64,000 nucleotides of DNA, from contig JACPLC010000007.1 of assembly GCA_016186695.1 (NCBI GenBank), positions 11,928 through 75,927 on the forward strand. Reading direction: 5' to 3'. This document shows, piece by piece, positions 45,950-55,205 of the stretch. A program made the position numbers and the translations under genes. This DNA is from Candidatus Kaiserbacteria bacterium (GTDB lineage: Bacteria; Patescibacteriota; Minisyncoccia; Phycocordibacterales; UBA2100). Each line of letters starts with the position of its first letter. Position 1 is the stretch's first letter. The notes under the pieces were generated by a model that was given only the letters and a program-made list of their open reading frames with translations, had not been told where the DNA came from and did not search any database.

Positions 45950-46032
45950 ACCCCGTTAGAGGCAATCTGAGAAAAGACCATAGAGGTCTAGCAGATCTAT
46001 AAAAACGAGATTTTCGTAGCCTCTAACGGGGT
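45950..46032. repeat. Inverted repeat ACCCCGTTAGAGGC ... GCCTCTAACGGGGT (14-bp perfect stem, 55-nt loop with inner hairpin)
   Basis: Fills the gap between the stop of 46036-46896 and the pheS start; arms closely related to the IR at 46850-46968. Confidence 0.85.
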
Positions 46033-46035
46033 GCA

Positions 46036-46896
46036 TCAGAAGCCTTCGATTTGGTAGAGAACGCTGCCATCCTTGATGATAAGGGCGCCGTTGACGACAC
46101 GCGCATCGGCGCGCGCCTTCGGATACAGAACAACGACAACTGGGGTAGGGCGGATATCCATTTCCGAGAAAAAGACGCCGCCTTCTCTCGTCGCGTACAC
46201 GATTCCCCCATCGAAAAGCGCAACGGAAACGGTTGTCTGACTCCCACGCTCAACGACAAATTCCCCTACACAGCTCGAGGGACGCTTGCAGAAGCTGTCG
46301 GGAGATTTTTTCTCAGGATGCACCCAGCTCACATACACGTCGCCCGCGCGGACGAATGCCTCGAGCTCACCTGATTCGGCGGTCGTTGTAGCGGCAATGC
46401 TGAATGCGCGGAGATATGAGTCATAACGCTGTGGCGGGACAGAGCGGATCGGAGGTGTCGAGGTGCTGCGCGCAAGGCGTATCGGTTCTATCTCTTCGGG
46501 AAGGAGAACGACACGCGCCTCGGTAACGATACGCGGCTCAACGACGACCGTCCGATGCCACGACGTCGAACTGGCACGCGTCACCTGAAGTTCATAGGCC
46601 GCGGGGGCGAGATCGTCCATGTAGAAATTTTTGTTGAGAATGCCGCTTCTCCCTACCGCGTCGCCGTCCAGCAAAACCATCGCATCCGAATACGGCACGG
46701 AAATAAAAATCCCTCCTGTCTCGACGATCCCATAGCCCGGCTTATACCGGTAGCCGCCGGCATAGAGAAGTGCCAATGGAACGGAAATGAAAAAAAGCAG
46801 CACAAAAAGCCAGACGTAGAGGCGACGCTTACGAGGCGAAAGCGGCTTCATCCCGTTAGAAGCAGGACGCGGAAACGAAATGCGTTCCGCGCTCAA
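46036..46896 (-). CDS. Membrane-anchored hypothetical protein (PEGA-like beta-sandwich segment?)
   Basis: N-terminal TM LYVWLFVLLFFISVPLALLYAG; true start may be the ATG at 46849-46851. Confidence 0.4.
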   Translation of the reverse strand: MSAERISFPRPASNGMKPLSPRKRRLYVWLFVLLFFISVPLALLYAGGYRYKPGYGIVETGGIFISVPYSDAMVLLDGDAVGRSGILNKNFYMDDLAPAAYELQVTRASSTSWHRTVVVEPRIVTEARVVLLPEEIEPIRLARSTSTPPIRSVPPQRYDSYLRAFSIAATTTAESGELEAFVRAGDVYVSWVHPEKKSPDSFCKRPSSCVGEFVVERGSQTTVSVALFDGGIVYATREGGVFFSEMDIRPTPVVVVLYPKARADARVVNGALIIKDGSVLYQIEGF

Positions 46897-46968
46897 ACTT
46901 ACTATCGCTGATAAATGCTGACGTCATAGATAATGTCTCGATGAGTCGTCCGCGGCTTCTAACGGGAT
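46850..46968. repeat. Inverted repeat ATCCCGTTAGAAGC ... GCTTCTAACGGGAT (14-bp stem, ~90-nt loop with inner 8-bp hairpin GCGCGGAA/TTCCGCGC)
   Basis: Lies between the GT2 stop (46983) and the downstream gene start; left arm overlaps the candidate start codon. Confidence 0.85.
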
Positions 46969-46982
46969 TCATAGTGTTCGCA

Positions 46983-48551
46983 TCATAGGGAAACCGCGGG
47001 CTTCGGTACCCGCAGGGTTGCTTTCCGTGATTTCGGCGTGACCCAAAAGCCGAGGTAGCGGCCAAACATGAGCCGCAGTTGCGCATCAAGCCCGGGGATC
47101 GAACTGAATACGACCATCGTGAGCGGTACCAGTACCCACTGTGCAACCAAGACGACACTCCTGAAACGCGTGTACTCGGGCGGCCGCTTTGGTACGAGAT
47201 ACATGGAAAACGCCGCAGAAGCTACGAGACCGAGCATCGCAACAGCGAGGAACGTGCGTGCCACAGAGGGCAGGCTGTACGAAAGTACAGTCGCATTGAA
47301 TGCATCGCCTCCTATAAATAGCGGCAGCCATCCAACAGCAAGCAGTATCAGAGGGTGCGTCACGAGCGACCAAAAGCCCTCAATCTGAAATAGCGCGGCG
47401 CGAACTTTCTTCCTGAAAGGTATCCGCGGATTCTTGAGAAACGCAAAAAGAATGTAGGCGATGTTCTCTGCCCCGTAGGTCCAACGCCGGTGCTGGAGGT
47501 AAATATTGCGCACCGTTCCGAAAAATGTCGGCGCCACGTTGGCGTCCATTGATACAGGATACGCTATCGGGACGACTTCGTACTCTCCGTCGTATCGTGC
47601 AAAAAGATTCCAGAAGATACGGGAATCCTCCGAGACAATATTTTTCTGCCAGTACCCCGCCTCGTAGAGGGCTGAAAACGGCACCGAGTGCGATGAGAAG
47701 GTCGCGAGCTTTTCAGGCCGCTCCTGCTGGATCATCTGCCAGAACGAACTCGAGTACGCCATCACGCGCGCGAGCATCGGCGCCTCCCAGATATTGTTGT
47801 TATAGAGAGGGACCGGCTGGTAAGAACTTCGCAGAGGGCGCTCGGCAGTGAGAAAATTCCACGTCAGGCAGGAAAAGTACTGCGGATAGACAACCGTATC
47901 GACGTCGAACGCCGAGACAAGGACGTGCTCATACGGAATCCCCCTCGGATCAAGCACGCGCACGCGGGTCTCCTCAGCGGCAAAAGAAATATTTGAGCCC
48001 TTTCCCGGCATCTCGCCTGGCGTCTCGGCAGGATGCCGCGTCGTGATACAGGCCAAGAAACGCGCCCCGAATTCGCGCTCGATACGCGCCGCGACTTCAA
48101 GCGCGCTCCTTCCGGCACGCTCTTCGGCTGCAAGCACAATTACCATCGCCTTCGGATCGGAGCGTGATTCGAGAAGCCCCCGAACGCTTTGAGAGAGAAC
48201 ATCATACCCCTCCTGATAAAACGGAAAGATGACCATCTGCACGATGTGACCGTACTTTAGCGTCTCCAATCGCTCATTCCAGTCGATCACGAGGTTATGC
48301 CGCACCCGCTTAAAATTGTGCCGCAGGTGGATGGAGAGATAAAACGTTTTGAAGAGCCAGTAAATGGAAAAAATGATGGTGAGATAGGCGGCAAAAACCG
48401 GCTTCACGAACGAAAGGACAACAAAGATTCCGAGTGTCGCGAGCGAAAGTGCTCCCGGCAGTATCTCGAAGAGCCGGTAGATGACTCTGTCGCGGCCCGA
48501 AAGCTCGCCCGCTCTTCCGACATGCAAGTACCAATATGTGTTTTCGGCCAT
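46983..48551 (-). CDS. Membrane glycosyltransferase family 2 (processive, cellulose/chitin-synthase-like)
   Basis: Multiple TM helices, DxD region, QHRRW (QxxRW) motif. Confidence 0.7.
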   Translation of the reverse strand: MAENTYWYLHVGRAGELSGRDRVIYRLFEILPGALSLATLGIFVVLSFVKPVFAAYLTIIFSIYWLFKTFYLSIHLRHNFKRVRHNLVIDWNERLETLKYGHIVQMVIFPFYQEGYDVLSQSVRGLLESRSDPKAMVIVLAAEERAGRSALEVAARIEREFGARFLACITTRHPAETPGEMPGKGSNISFAAEETRVRVLDPRGIPYEHVLVSAFDVDTVVYPQYFSCLTWNFLTAERPLRSSYQPVPLYNNNIWEAPMLARVMAYSSSFWQMIQQERPEKLATFSSHSVPFSALYEAGYWQKNIVSEDSRIFWNLFARYDGEYEVVPIAYPVSMDANVAPTFFGTVRNIYLQHRRWTYGAENIAYILFAFLKNPRIPFRKKVRAALFQIEGFWSLVTHPLILLAVGWLPLFIGGDAFNATVLSYSLPSVARTFLAVAMLGLVASAAFSMYLVPKRPPEYTRFRSVVLVAQWVLVPLTMVVFSSIPGLDAQLRLMFGRYLGFWVTPKSRKATLRVPKPAVSL

Positions 48552-48627
48552 GGAGCCACCGGTCGGATTCGAACCGACGACCCTCCGTTTACAAAACGGG
48601 AGCTCTAACCAACTGAGCTACGGTGGC
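48551..48627 (-). tRNA. tRNA-Thr (anticodon UGU)
   Basis: rc GCCACCGTAGCTCAGTTGGTTAGAGCTCCCGTTTTGTAAACGGGAGGGTCGTCGGTTCGAATCCGACCGGTGGCTCCA: cloverleaf with anticodon loop TTTGTAA, T-loop GGTTCGAATCC, encoded CCA; 3' end overlaps the GT2 start codon by 1 nt. Confidence 0.85.
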
Positions 48628-48764
48628 ACTACTACGCTCCGATGTTACATCGGAGCTTCGAAGTGCAAGCTGCGTCCGAACATGCTACTACTTGCCCTTC
48701 CGAAGCTCAAATGCAATTTGAGCGTAGGAGGGAGCTACGGTGGCTTCCCGCTATTCTGCCTGTT

Positions 48765-49163
48765 TTACTCAAACGTATCAACCTCGCCTTTATTGTCATT
48801 CTTGTGGTCGATAACCTTTTTCAGGAATTCGGAACGGGGCGCGCGGCGCACGAAATTGCGCTTATGCGAGACAAGCTCCGCGAGCTTGTGCGCCTGCAGA
48901 GAAAGAAAACGCAGAAGCGAGGCAAGCGAGAGCGCAATTTCGTGAATGAGGATTCGCAAGAGGTGCAGCATCTCGGGCGGAATTTTCTCAGCATCTGCTT
49001 TTAGCGCGACCATGACACCCTGAAGGAAAAACGCCCACTCATCGAGTTTTTGGCGAAGCGCGGGAAAAGAAACACGGCTGCTCCGTGACTCCCACTCTTT
49101 GAGTCCGAAAAAACCTACGAGGCCAGCGAGTGAAATGAAAAAAACCGTGTACGCGATTATCAT
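48765..49163 (-). CDS. Hypothetical protein with N-terminal TM (132 aa)
   Basis: ORF only. Confidence 0.3.
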   Translation of the reverse strand: MIIAYTVFFISLAGLVGFFGLKEWESRSSRVSFPALRQKLDEWAFFLQGVMVALKADAEKIPPEMLHLLRILIHEIALSLASLLRFLSLQAHKLAELVSHKRNFVRRAPRSEFLKKVIDHKNDNKGEVDTFE

Positions 49164-49167
49164 AGAT

Positions 49168-49749
49168 TTAGCGGACGGAGAGCCGTTCGAACCGGACTAG
49201 TTCGACTTTCTCACCGAATTTTTGAATGGCGGAGTCCAGAAGTCCGCGAATTGTAATCGTCGGATCCTTCACAAACGGCTGCTCGAGGAGAACTCGCTCC
49301 TTAAGGTAACTGTCGACCTTGCCCTCGATCGCCTTCGCGCGCACCGCCTCGGGAACCTTCGCCGCCTCATCAGCAAAGACGGCGCGCGCTGCTTTGAGAT
49401 CCTGTTCGGTTACGTCATCGCGCGAGCGAAAGATCGGATTCATCGCGGCAACGTGCATGGCAATATCATAGGCGAGCTTCTGAAACTCCTGATTCTTCGA
49501 GACAAAATCTGTCTCGCACCCCAAGACAACGGCGCCGACAACCGCACCGCCCGCATGCGTGTAGGCAGCAGCGACACCCGCAGCGAGTGTCCGATCTGCT
49601 TTCTTGGAAGCGATCGTCGCGCTTATTTTGCGCAGAATTACTTTTGCTTTTTCAACGTCTCCGCCGGCTTCCTCAAGAGCTTTCTTGCATTGCATGACCG
49701 AAACGCCTGTCTCGTCCCGTAACTTCTTGATTTCTTCAGTAGTCGCCAT
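49168..49749 (-). CDS. tsf: Elongation factor Ts (short form)
   Basis: MATTEEIKKLRDETGVSVMQCKKALEEAGGDVEKA UBA-like N-terminus. Confidence 0.9.
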   Translation of the reverse strand: MATTEEIKKLRDETGVSVMQCKKALEEAGGDVEKAKVILRKISATIASKKADRTLAAGVAAAYTHAGGAVVGAVVLGCETDFVSKNQEFQKLAYDIAMHVAAMNPIFRSRDDVTEQDLKAARAVFADEAAKVPEAVRAKAIEGKVDSYLKERVLLEQPFVKDPTITIRGLLDSAIQKFGEKVELVRFERLSVR

Positions 49750-49875
49750 GTATTTATTTCTTCTGCCTGCCCCGTAGCCAAACCGAGTGAAACGAGGTTT
49801 GTGGTATCGGGGTTGTCGCCATAGGTATGTATCAACAAATACAACGTACCAAGTGTATCACCTGATACGATGCCT

Positions 49876-50577
49876 CTATTTGTTTGGTGTTTGGGTTTTG
49901 CTGCCTGAAACTTTCTTCCCCTCCATAAATGCCTCCGCAATTTTATCGCACACCAGACGGACACTTTTCACCGAGGTATCGTTCGCAGGGATCGGATACT
50001 TCACGAGCGAAAAGTCGCAATCCGAACTTGAGAGTGCGATAACGGGAATGCCGAGCTGACGCGCCTCGCGTACCGCTGTTGCCTCATGGCGCGAATCGAT
50101 GGCGAGAAGCGCCGCTGGAAGTTCCGTCATGGTCTGCAGGCCGCCGAAACGCGCGAGAAGTTCATCGATTTCCCGATCGATAAGAAGGCGCTCGCGCTTC
50201 GTGTACTTTTCCAAAGCGCCGCTTTCGCGCTCATCAGTGAGCTTCTGCAGGCGATCGATGCGCTTCCGCACATTCTTGAAATTCGTCAGTGTCCCGCCGA
50301 TCCAACGGCCGGCGACATACGGCACGCCCGCGCGCAAGGCTGCTGCTTTCACGATCTCCGCAACCTCGTGCTTGCCGCCGACAAAAAGAATGTGCCGACC
50401 CGCGAGGCCTTCCACAAATGTGGACGCCGCGTCGAGACGACCGGAGGTTTCTTCGAGATCGAAGATATCGGTGCGATCTTTGGTCGCGTAGATGAACGGC
50501 GAGGCAGTCGGATGGCGACGTGCGCGTGGAAGTGCATAGTGCGCCCCCGCGTCAAAAAGTGCCTGAACATTGGTCAT
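49876..50577 (-). CDS. rpsB: 30S ribosomal protein S2
   Basis: S2 signature blocks (HFGH-like AGAHYALPRAR, VGGKHE, GGTLTNF). Confidence 0.9.
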   Translation of the reverse strand: MTNVQALFDAGAHYALPRARRHPTASPFIYATKDRTDIFDLEETSGRLDAASTFVEGLAGRHILFVGGKHEVAEIVKAAALRAGVPYVAGRWIGGTLTNFKNVRKRIDRLQKLTDERESGALEKYTKRERLLIDREIDELLARFGGLQTMTELPAALLAIDSRHEATAVREARQLGIPVIALSSSDCDFSLVKYPIPANDTSVKSVRLVCDKIAEAFMEGKKVSGSKTQTPNK

Positions 50578-50614
50578 ATGTCGCCCTCCTTCGCCAAAGG
50601 CTTCGGATGGGCAA
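50578..50614 (-). promoter_or_regulatory. rpsB 5' leader = 38-nt conserved element (forward orientation on +), containing the SD AAGGAGG
   Basis: ATGTCGCCCTCCTTCGCCAAAGGCTTCGGATGGGCAAGC; a near-identical copy in reverse orientation forms the rpmE leader. Confidence 0.6.
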
Positions 50615-50619
50615 GCACG

Positions 50620-50648
50620 ATACTACCAAAATCATGCATCCGTCGCAA
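50620..50648 (-). promoter_or_regulatory. Sigma70-like promoter TTGCGA-17-TAGTAT for rpsB
   Basis: rc motifs at 50643-50648 and 50620-50625; the predicted TSS coincides with the start of the conserved leader element. Confidence 0.45.
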
Positions 50649-50671
50649 CGCCTGTCACACTTCCAAGTGTG

Positions 50672-51646
50672 TCAGGTAACGCTTCCCTCTTCGGCAGCCC
50701 GAAGTGCTTCGAGTATCTCGCCGATGCCGCCCGCCATAAGTTTTGGGAGATTTGACCACGACTCTTTGATACGGTGATCGGTAAGGCGATCCTGTGGAAA
50801 GTTGTAGGTGCGTATCTTCTCGGAGCGATCACCTGTACCCACCTGCGACTTCCGCTCGGCGGCACGTTTGCGGTCTTCTTCCTCATCTTTCTGCAACTGG
50901 AGCTTCGATGCAAGGAGTTTCATCGCTTTTTCGCGGTTTTGCACCTGCGAGCGCTCCGATGTGCATCGCACATCAATACCCGTCGGCTTGTGAATGATAC
51001 GGACTGCCGTCTCGACTTTATTCACATTCTGCCCGCCGGCTCCTCCGGAGCGCGATGTTTCGATTTCGAGGTCAGCTGGATTGATCTCGATTTTCGTTCG
51101 CTTGTAGATGGGAAGGATCGCAACTGAAGCCGTCGAGGTGTGAATGCGTCCGGATTTCTCCGTCGCGGGAATGCGCTGCACGCGGTGCACGCCGGTTTCG
51201 AACCGAAACGCTTTGTAGCACCCTTCGCCCTTGATCTCGAACTGCGCTTCCTTGTAGCCACCGAGTTCCGAGCGACTTTCGCTCAACGTGCGCCTCTGCC
51301 AGCCGCGCGACTCGGCATACTTGAGGTACATCCGCGCGAGCTCCTCGGCAAAGAGTGAGGCTTCTTCACCGCCGACACCGGCACGAATCTCGAGAACGAC
51401 CTCATTCGGCCATTCGCGCCCTTCCTCGCTGCCGACGATCGCCGAGATCTGATCGATAAGCGCCTCCTTCTGCATCTCTATCTCCGAGAGTTCCTTTTCC
51501 GCAAGCTCCTTCATCGAAGGGTCAACTTCGACCAGTTCTCCTGCGTCGCGCTCTGCCTGCGTGAGACGCTTCCACTCCGTAATCAAGTACGACACACGCG
51601 GATCGTCTGCGTAGTCGAGTGGATTTAGCTTAACCTCTTCTGACAT
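50672..51646 (-). CDS. prfA: Peptide chain release factor 1
   Basis: GGQ motif ([16 protein letters not shown]) and RF1-type PAT tripeptide ([14 protein letters not shown]); start taken at MSEEVKL. Confidence 0.85.
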   Translation of the reverse strand: MSEEVKLNPLDYADDPRVSYLITEWKRLTQAERDAGELVEVDPSMKELAEKELSEIEMQKEALIDQISAIVGSEEGREWPNEVVLEIRAGVGGEEASLFAEELARMYLKYAESRGWQRRTLSESRSELGGYKEAQFEIKGEGCYKAFRFETGVHRVQRIPATEKSGRIHTSTASVAILPIYKRTKIEINPADLEIETSRSGGAGGQNVNKVETAVRIIHKPTGIDVRCTSERSQVQNREKAMKLLASKLQLQKDEEEDRKRAAERKSQVGTGDRSEKIRTYNFPQDRLTDHRIKESWSNLPKLMAGGIGEILEALRAAEEGSVT

Positions 51647-51718
51647 AAGCAAGATACAAGATACAAGAAACAATAACCAAACGGCCTGTTCCTTTGGTCA
51701 TTGTATCTTGGTTATTGG

Positions 51719-51985
51719 TTATTTCTTTACTCTTTTGGGCTTCGCGGCAGCGGCGCGTTTTCTGAACCTCTCGACGCGTCCGGCAGTGTCTACAATGGTC
51801 GCCTTGCCGGTATAAAACGGATGCGATGCACTTGAGATCTCGACGGTATAGAGGGGGTATTGTTTACCATTCATCTTGTCGCTCTTTAGCGTCGTTACGG
51901 TCGAGGCGATCAAAAAACGCTTGCCCGACGAGGAATCTTCAAAAATCACCGGACGGTATTCCTTTGGGTGAATATCTTTTTTCAT
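51719..51985 (-). CDS. rpmE: 50S ribosomal protein L31 (Cys-less, type-B-like)
   Basis: [13 protein letters not shown]...[23 protein letters not shown]. Confidence 0.85.
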   Translation of the reverse strand: MKKDIHPKEYRPVIFEDSSSGKRFLIASTVTTLKSDKMNGKQYPLYTVEISSASHPFYTGKATIVDTAGRVERFRKRAAAAKPKRVKK

Positions 51986-52026
51986 GCTTGCCCGTCCGAA
52001 GCCTTTGGCGAAGGAGGGCGGCGACA
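51986..52026 (-). promoter_or_regulatory. rpmE 5' leader = same 38-nt element in inverted orientation (RNA carries CCCUCCUUCGCC instead of an SD)
   Basis: GCTTGCCCGTCCGAAGCCTTTGGCGAAGGAGGGCGGCGACAC on +, the reverse complement of the rpsB copy; weak promoter (TGGAGT-17-TATAGT) at 52026-52054. Confidence 0.6.
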
Positions 52027-52166
52027 CTATATCATGTTGCCATATCTAACTCCAGCGAGGAGGTGTCGCGCTGTGAGGGTCTTCGCGCAGCGCGACGGCG
52101 CGAGCGGGAGCGCCGTGTGAGCACGCACGGACGCGACCCGAACAATGCGACATCTCCGAGCATCCC

Positions 52167-53735
52167 TCAAAACTCACTCCACACGGGCAATATGTTCACC
52201 GTTGTGGATTGCGTGAGGGTGTTGTCGTCTTCGTCGGTACAGGAGAGGGTGTAGGTGGTTTGTTCATTGATGGGAGAAGAGGCTTGCCCTTGGGGCTCCG
52301 GAGAGATGGTGCCGGAGAAGGAGTCGCCGTTGTCGCCTTGCACGGTGCAGCTTGTGACGTTGGAGGCAGACCAGTGGAGCTTCGTGGTTTCTCCGGTTCG
52401 GACGAGTGAGGGGATGGCTCGGATGGTGAGGTTGGGGGTGGCACCGCTCTCTCCTCCACCTGTGCCTTCGTCACCGCCTCCGAGGTCCTCGCCTGTATCT
52501 GTTGCTTCGCTTCCTTCGTCAGTGCAGGAGAAGGTGAGGGTGGACCAGCTGGAGGTGAGGCCGTTCTCGTCGATCGCCATGACCTTCACCGTCTTTGAGC
52601 CTTCGGTTGCGTATGTGCGGGAGACGGTTTGGCTTGTGCCTGAAGGGACGTAGCCGCTGGAGGGGGCGAACTGGTCCACCGTGCCGTTTGCGTCCCAGTC
52701 GATGGCGTACTTGATGGTGTCGCCATCGGGGTCTGTGGCAGTCATCGTGAGGGAGTATGGGGAGCCGACGGTGCAGGCACCACCCACCGTGTTGAGACTC
52801 GGATTTCCAGGCGGATCGCCGTCGGCGTCGGTGATGGTGATCGGATACGGGATATCAACCTGCCCCACCGAGAGCGTGTACGGTTCGATGAAATAATCAT
52901 TGAACTGATAGAGAAGCTCCGGCGTGATCGGGCCACTTATCGAATAGTATGGATCCTCATACGGCTTCTCGCCCGCGCCGAAGGGATAATTCGTCCCAAA
53001 ACAGGAAGGGCCGCCGAAACTCGACATATCCACCCTGCCGTAGAATTTACCGATGGTCGGTTCGAATGAGAACATGGGATTTACCTGCCCTGCCTGTGAA
53101 GCCGTACACGAGACATTGCCGCTTGCATCGGGAGAAACACAGGTAAGACCTGACGTTCCGGTAGGTGTCTTTTCCGGAGGATCCGCCATGAGCGCGACGT
53201 AGAGATCATACGGGTATGGGCCCCATTCTGTCGTGTTTTTCGTTCCGACAAGATCCTTTTCCTCGCAGGAAATAGGCGGCGCGCCGGCGTTCGCACTCCA
53301 ATCGCCATACGGCGTATCCCATGCGTAACCCGTTGTCGTCCAGTAGACGTCTTGCGAGTAGTGCGGCTCGAATTCAAGATGAAGCGGCGTCCCCTCAAGA
53401 ACAGAGCCGCTTGGGGGAACAATTTCCCCTGTCTGCGTGTTTACGATGCGCGCCCGGTAGGTAACTGCAACATAGGGATTTACTATTTTGACCCGCTCTC
53501 TCTGCCCGTACTGTGTTGAGCGAGTCAGGTACAGGCCAAGTTCGGTTGGGATGGTCGTGCTCCACATACCGCTATTCCCAAGCACGGGAACTGGATCGAG
53601 TGTAAGTGCGAGGGATTCACGATCCGGAAGTGCCTCGATCGTTAAAAGCACAACAGCAAAAAAAGCGAGTGCGAACAGAACCGTAACTGTTCCACGATGC
53701 AGCATACGCTTTGGATACCCCGCAACGCTCCCCAT
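52167..53735 (-). CDS. Large secreted protein with PKD/Ig-like domain(s)
   Basis: Signal/TM VTVLFALAFFAVVLLTI; TDPDGDTIKYAIDWDANGTVD PKD-like block; Cys pairs. Confidence 0.5.
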   Translation of the reverse strand: MGSVAGYPKRMLHRGTVTVLFALAFFAVVLLTIEALPDRESLALTLDPVPVLGNSGMWSTTIPTELGLYLTRSTQYGQRERVKIVNPYVAVTYRARIVNTQTGEIVPPSGSVLEGTPLHLEFEPHYSQDVYWTTTGYAWDTPYGDWSANAGAPPISCEEKDLVGTKNTTEWGPYPYDLYVALMADPPEKTPTGTSGLTCVSPDASGNVSCTASQAGQVNPMFSFEPTIGKFYGRVDMSSFGGPSCFGTNYPFGAGEKPYEDPYYSISGPITPELLYQFNDYFIEPYTLSVGQVDIPYPITITDADGDPPGNPSLNTVGGACTVGSPYSLTMTATDPDGDTIKYAIDWDANGTVDQFAPSSGYVPSGTSQTVSRTYATEGSKTVKVMAIDENGLTSSWSTLTFSCTDEGSEATDTGEDLGGGDEGTGGGESGATPNLTIRAIPSLVRTGETTKLHWSASNVTSCTVQGDNGDSFSGTISPEPQGQASSPINEQTTYTLSCTDEDDNTLTQSTTVNILPVWSEF

Positions 53736-53825
53736 TAAACAAATGGTACCTTAAAAACCCCATAATTTAGGAAAGAACCCGGACGAGTGGGGATTACCCA
53801 GTCACACAAATTATCCTGAAGGGAC

Positions 53826-55124
53826 TTAGCGACCTTCGAGAATGTCGATGTCTTTCTGGTACTGGTCGGCAAAGTCCATCACGTCGTCGCCGTAAAATGC
53901 ATAGGAGGCCTTCTTTGCGTTCGTCCAGCCAGCAAAGTAGCGCAGCGCGGCGAGGCGCTCGGCTTCGCGAGTACCTGCGTCGGCACCGTTATCGGACATA
54001 AGAATAGAGGAGGCGAAAATCGCGGTGCGCGGTGTCCACGGATTCGGCGGGCTCTCTCCGGTCGCACGAGCGATGCGATCTTTATATTGTTTCCAGGTCG
54101 AAGGAATAAACTGCGCGGGGCCCATCGCGCCCCCCCACCCATAGCTCGGCTTTTTTGAGACGGGCATCGAGTCGGGATCGAGCCCGAGCTCGGCGGTTAT
54201 CTGCGCGAAGACCGGCTGGTCGCGGGTCGGATGCATGTCTCTCTTCCAGTTTCCTGTGCCGATGTTCTCGCCGAGATTGGTCTCCTCGCGAAGAATGGCA
54301 AGAATGAGCGCGGGGCGCACGCCGGTTTTCGCAGAAGCCTCCTTTGCGTATTGGTACGCGCTTCCGAACGAGATCGCATTGGTGTCGCGGAGTTCGAAAA
54401 GTGCAGACCGGATGACCGCTGCCTGATGCTCCCGATCGGCTATCAATTCCTGATAGACCTTCTCCTGCCCCTTCGTCACCGCGAGGATCTGTTGCTTTTC
54501 TTTCTCACGTTTCTCGATCGCCTGCTTTTCGAGAACCTGAATGCGCCGGAGCTGTTCCTCTTCGCCCTGCTTCTCTTCGAGAGCCTCCTTGCGAGCCGAG
54601 AGATCAGAGCGCAGAGTCGCCATCTCATCAAACGAGCGGTTCAGATCTCTCTGGAGCGTCTCGAAGTTGTCGATGTCCTGAAAGAGCTCCGAGAGTGTGC
54701 CGGCGAGCATCAATTCCGTGAGCGAGGTGTCATCTATTTCGCGCGTGCGACGGATGAGCTGTGCGAGTGACTGTTCGCTGCGCGAGACCTTTTTATCCAC
54801 TTCGCCTATTGCCGTTTTCTTTACCGTGATGTCGTCACCCAATTTCGAGATGGTGAGATCGCGGTGCTTGATCTGTTGCTTGGCCACGGAGATCTGACTG
54901 TCGAGGATCGCTATATCGCGCTCGAGCGACGTGCGCTCTTTCTGCTTTTCAGAAAGCACGCCACGCTTTTCTGTGATGTCCCGCTCGATCTCGAAGAGCT
55001 GTTGCTCCAAGCGCGCACGCCGCTCCTGGAGCGTCTCCGCTCGTAAGGGAACAGCAAAAAAACTTACAGAGCCGGCAACGGCAAGTAACAGAAAGAGTGC
55101 TCCGAGAGCAATTCGGATACGCAT
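53826..55124 (-). CDS. Secreted coiled-coil protein with C-terminal lytic transglycosylase (SLT-like) domain
   Basis: Signal peptide; ~230-aa coiled coil; C-terminal LREETNLGEN...GWGGAMGPAQFIPSTW block. Confidence 0.65.
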   Translation of the reverse strand: MRIRIALGALFLLLAVAGSVSFFAVPLRAETLQERRARLEQQLFEIERDITEKRGVLSEKQKERTSLERDIAILDSQISVAKQQIKHRDLTISKLGDDITVKKTAIGEVDKKVSRSEQSLAQLIRRTREIDDTSLTELMLAGTLSELFQDIDNFETLQRDLNRSFDEMATLRSDLSARKEALEEKQGEEEQLRRIQVLEKQAIEKREKEKQQILAVTKGQEKVYQELIADREHQAAVIRSALFELRDTNAISFGSAYQYAKEASAKTGVRPALILAILREETNLGENIGTGNWKRDMHPTRDQPVFAQITAELGLDPDSMPVSKKPSYGWGGAMGPAQFIPSTWKQYKDRIARATGESPPNPWTPRTAIFASSILMSDNGADAGTREAERLAALRYFAGWTNAKKASYAFYGDDVMDFADQYQKDIDILEGR

Positions 55125-55132
55125 CGCAAAAG

Positions 55133-55199
55133 TATACCCCGTGAGATAACCAGCTCCGTATTTATTTGGATTCGTAGCGTGAATATCTCACGGGGTATA
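55133..55199. repeat. Inverted repeat TATACCCCGTGAGATA ... TATCTCACGGGGTATA (16-bp perfect stem, 35-nt loop)
   Basis: Occupies nearly the whole 81-nt gap between the ctc stop (55206) and the downstream start (55124). Confidence 0.85.
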
Positions 55200-55205
55200 G
55201 CAGAG

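Noticed and set aside
48728-48750. 13-nt duplicate (GAGCTACGGTGGC) of the tRNA-Thr 5' end located ~110 nt upstream of the tRNA
   Set aside because: It is too short and on the wrong (5') side to claim an integrase att scar. No integrase or foreign-looking cargo is adjacent.
50086-50679. 197-aa plus-strand ORF
   Set aside because: It is antisense to rpsB. Its N-terminal MSPSFAKGF is simply the translation of the shared leader element.
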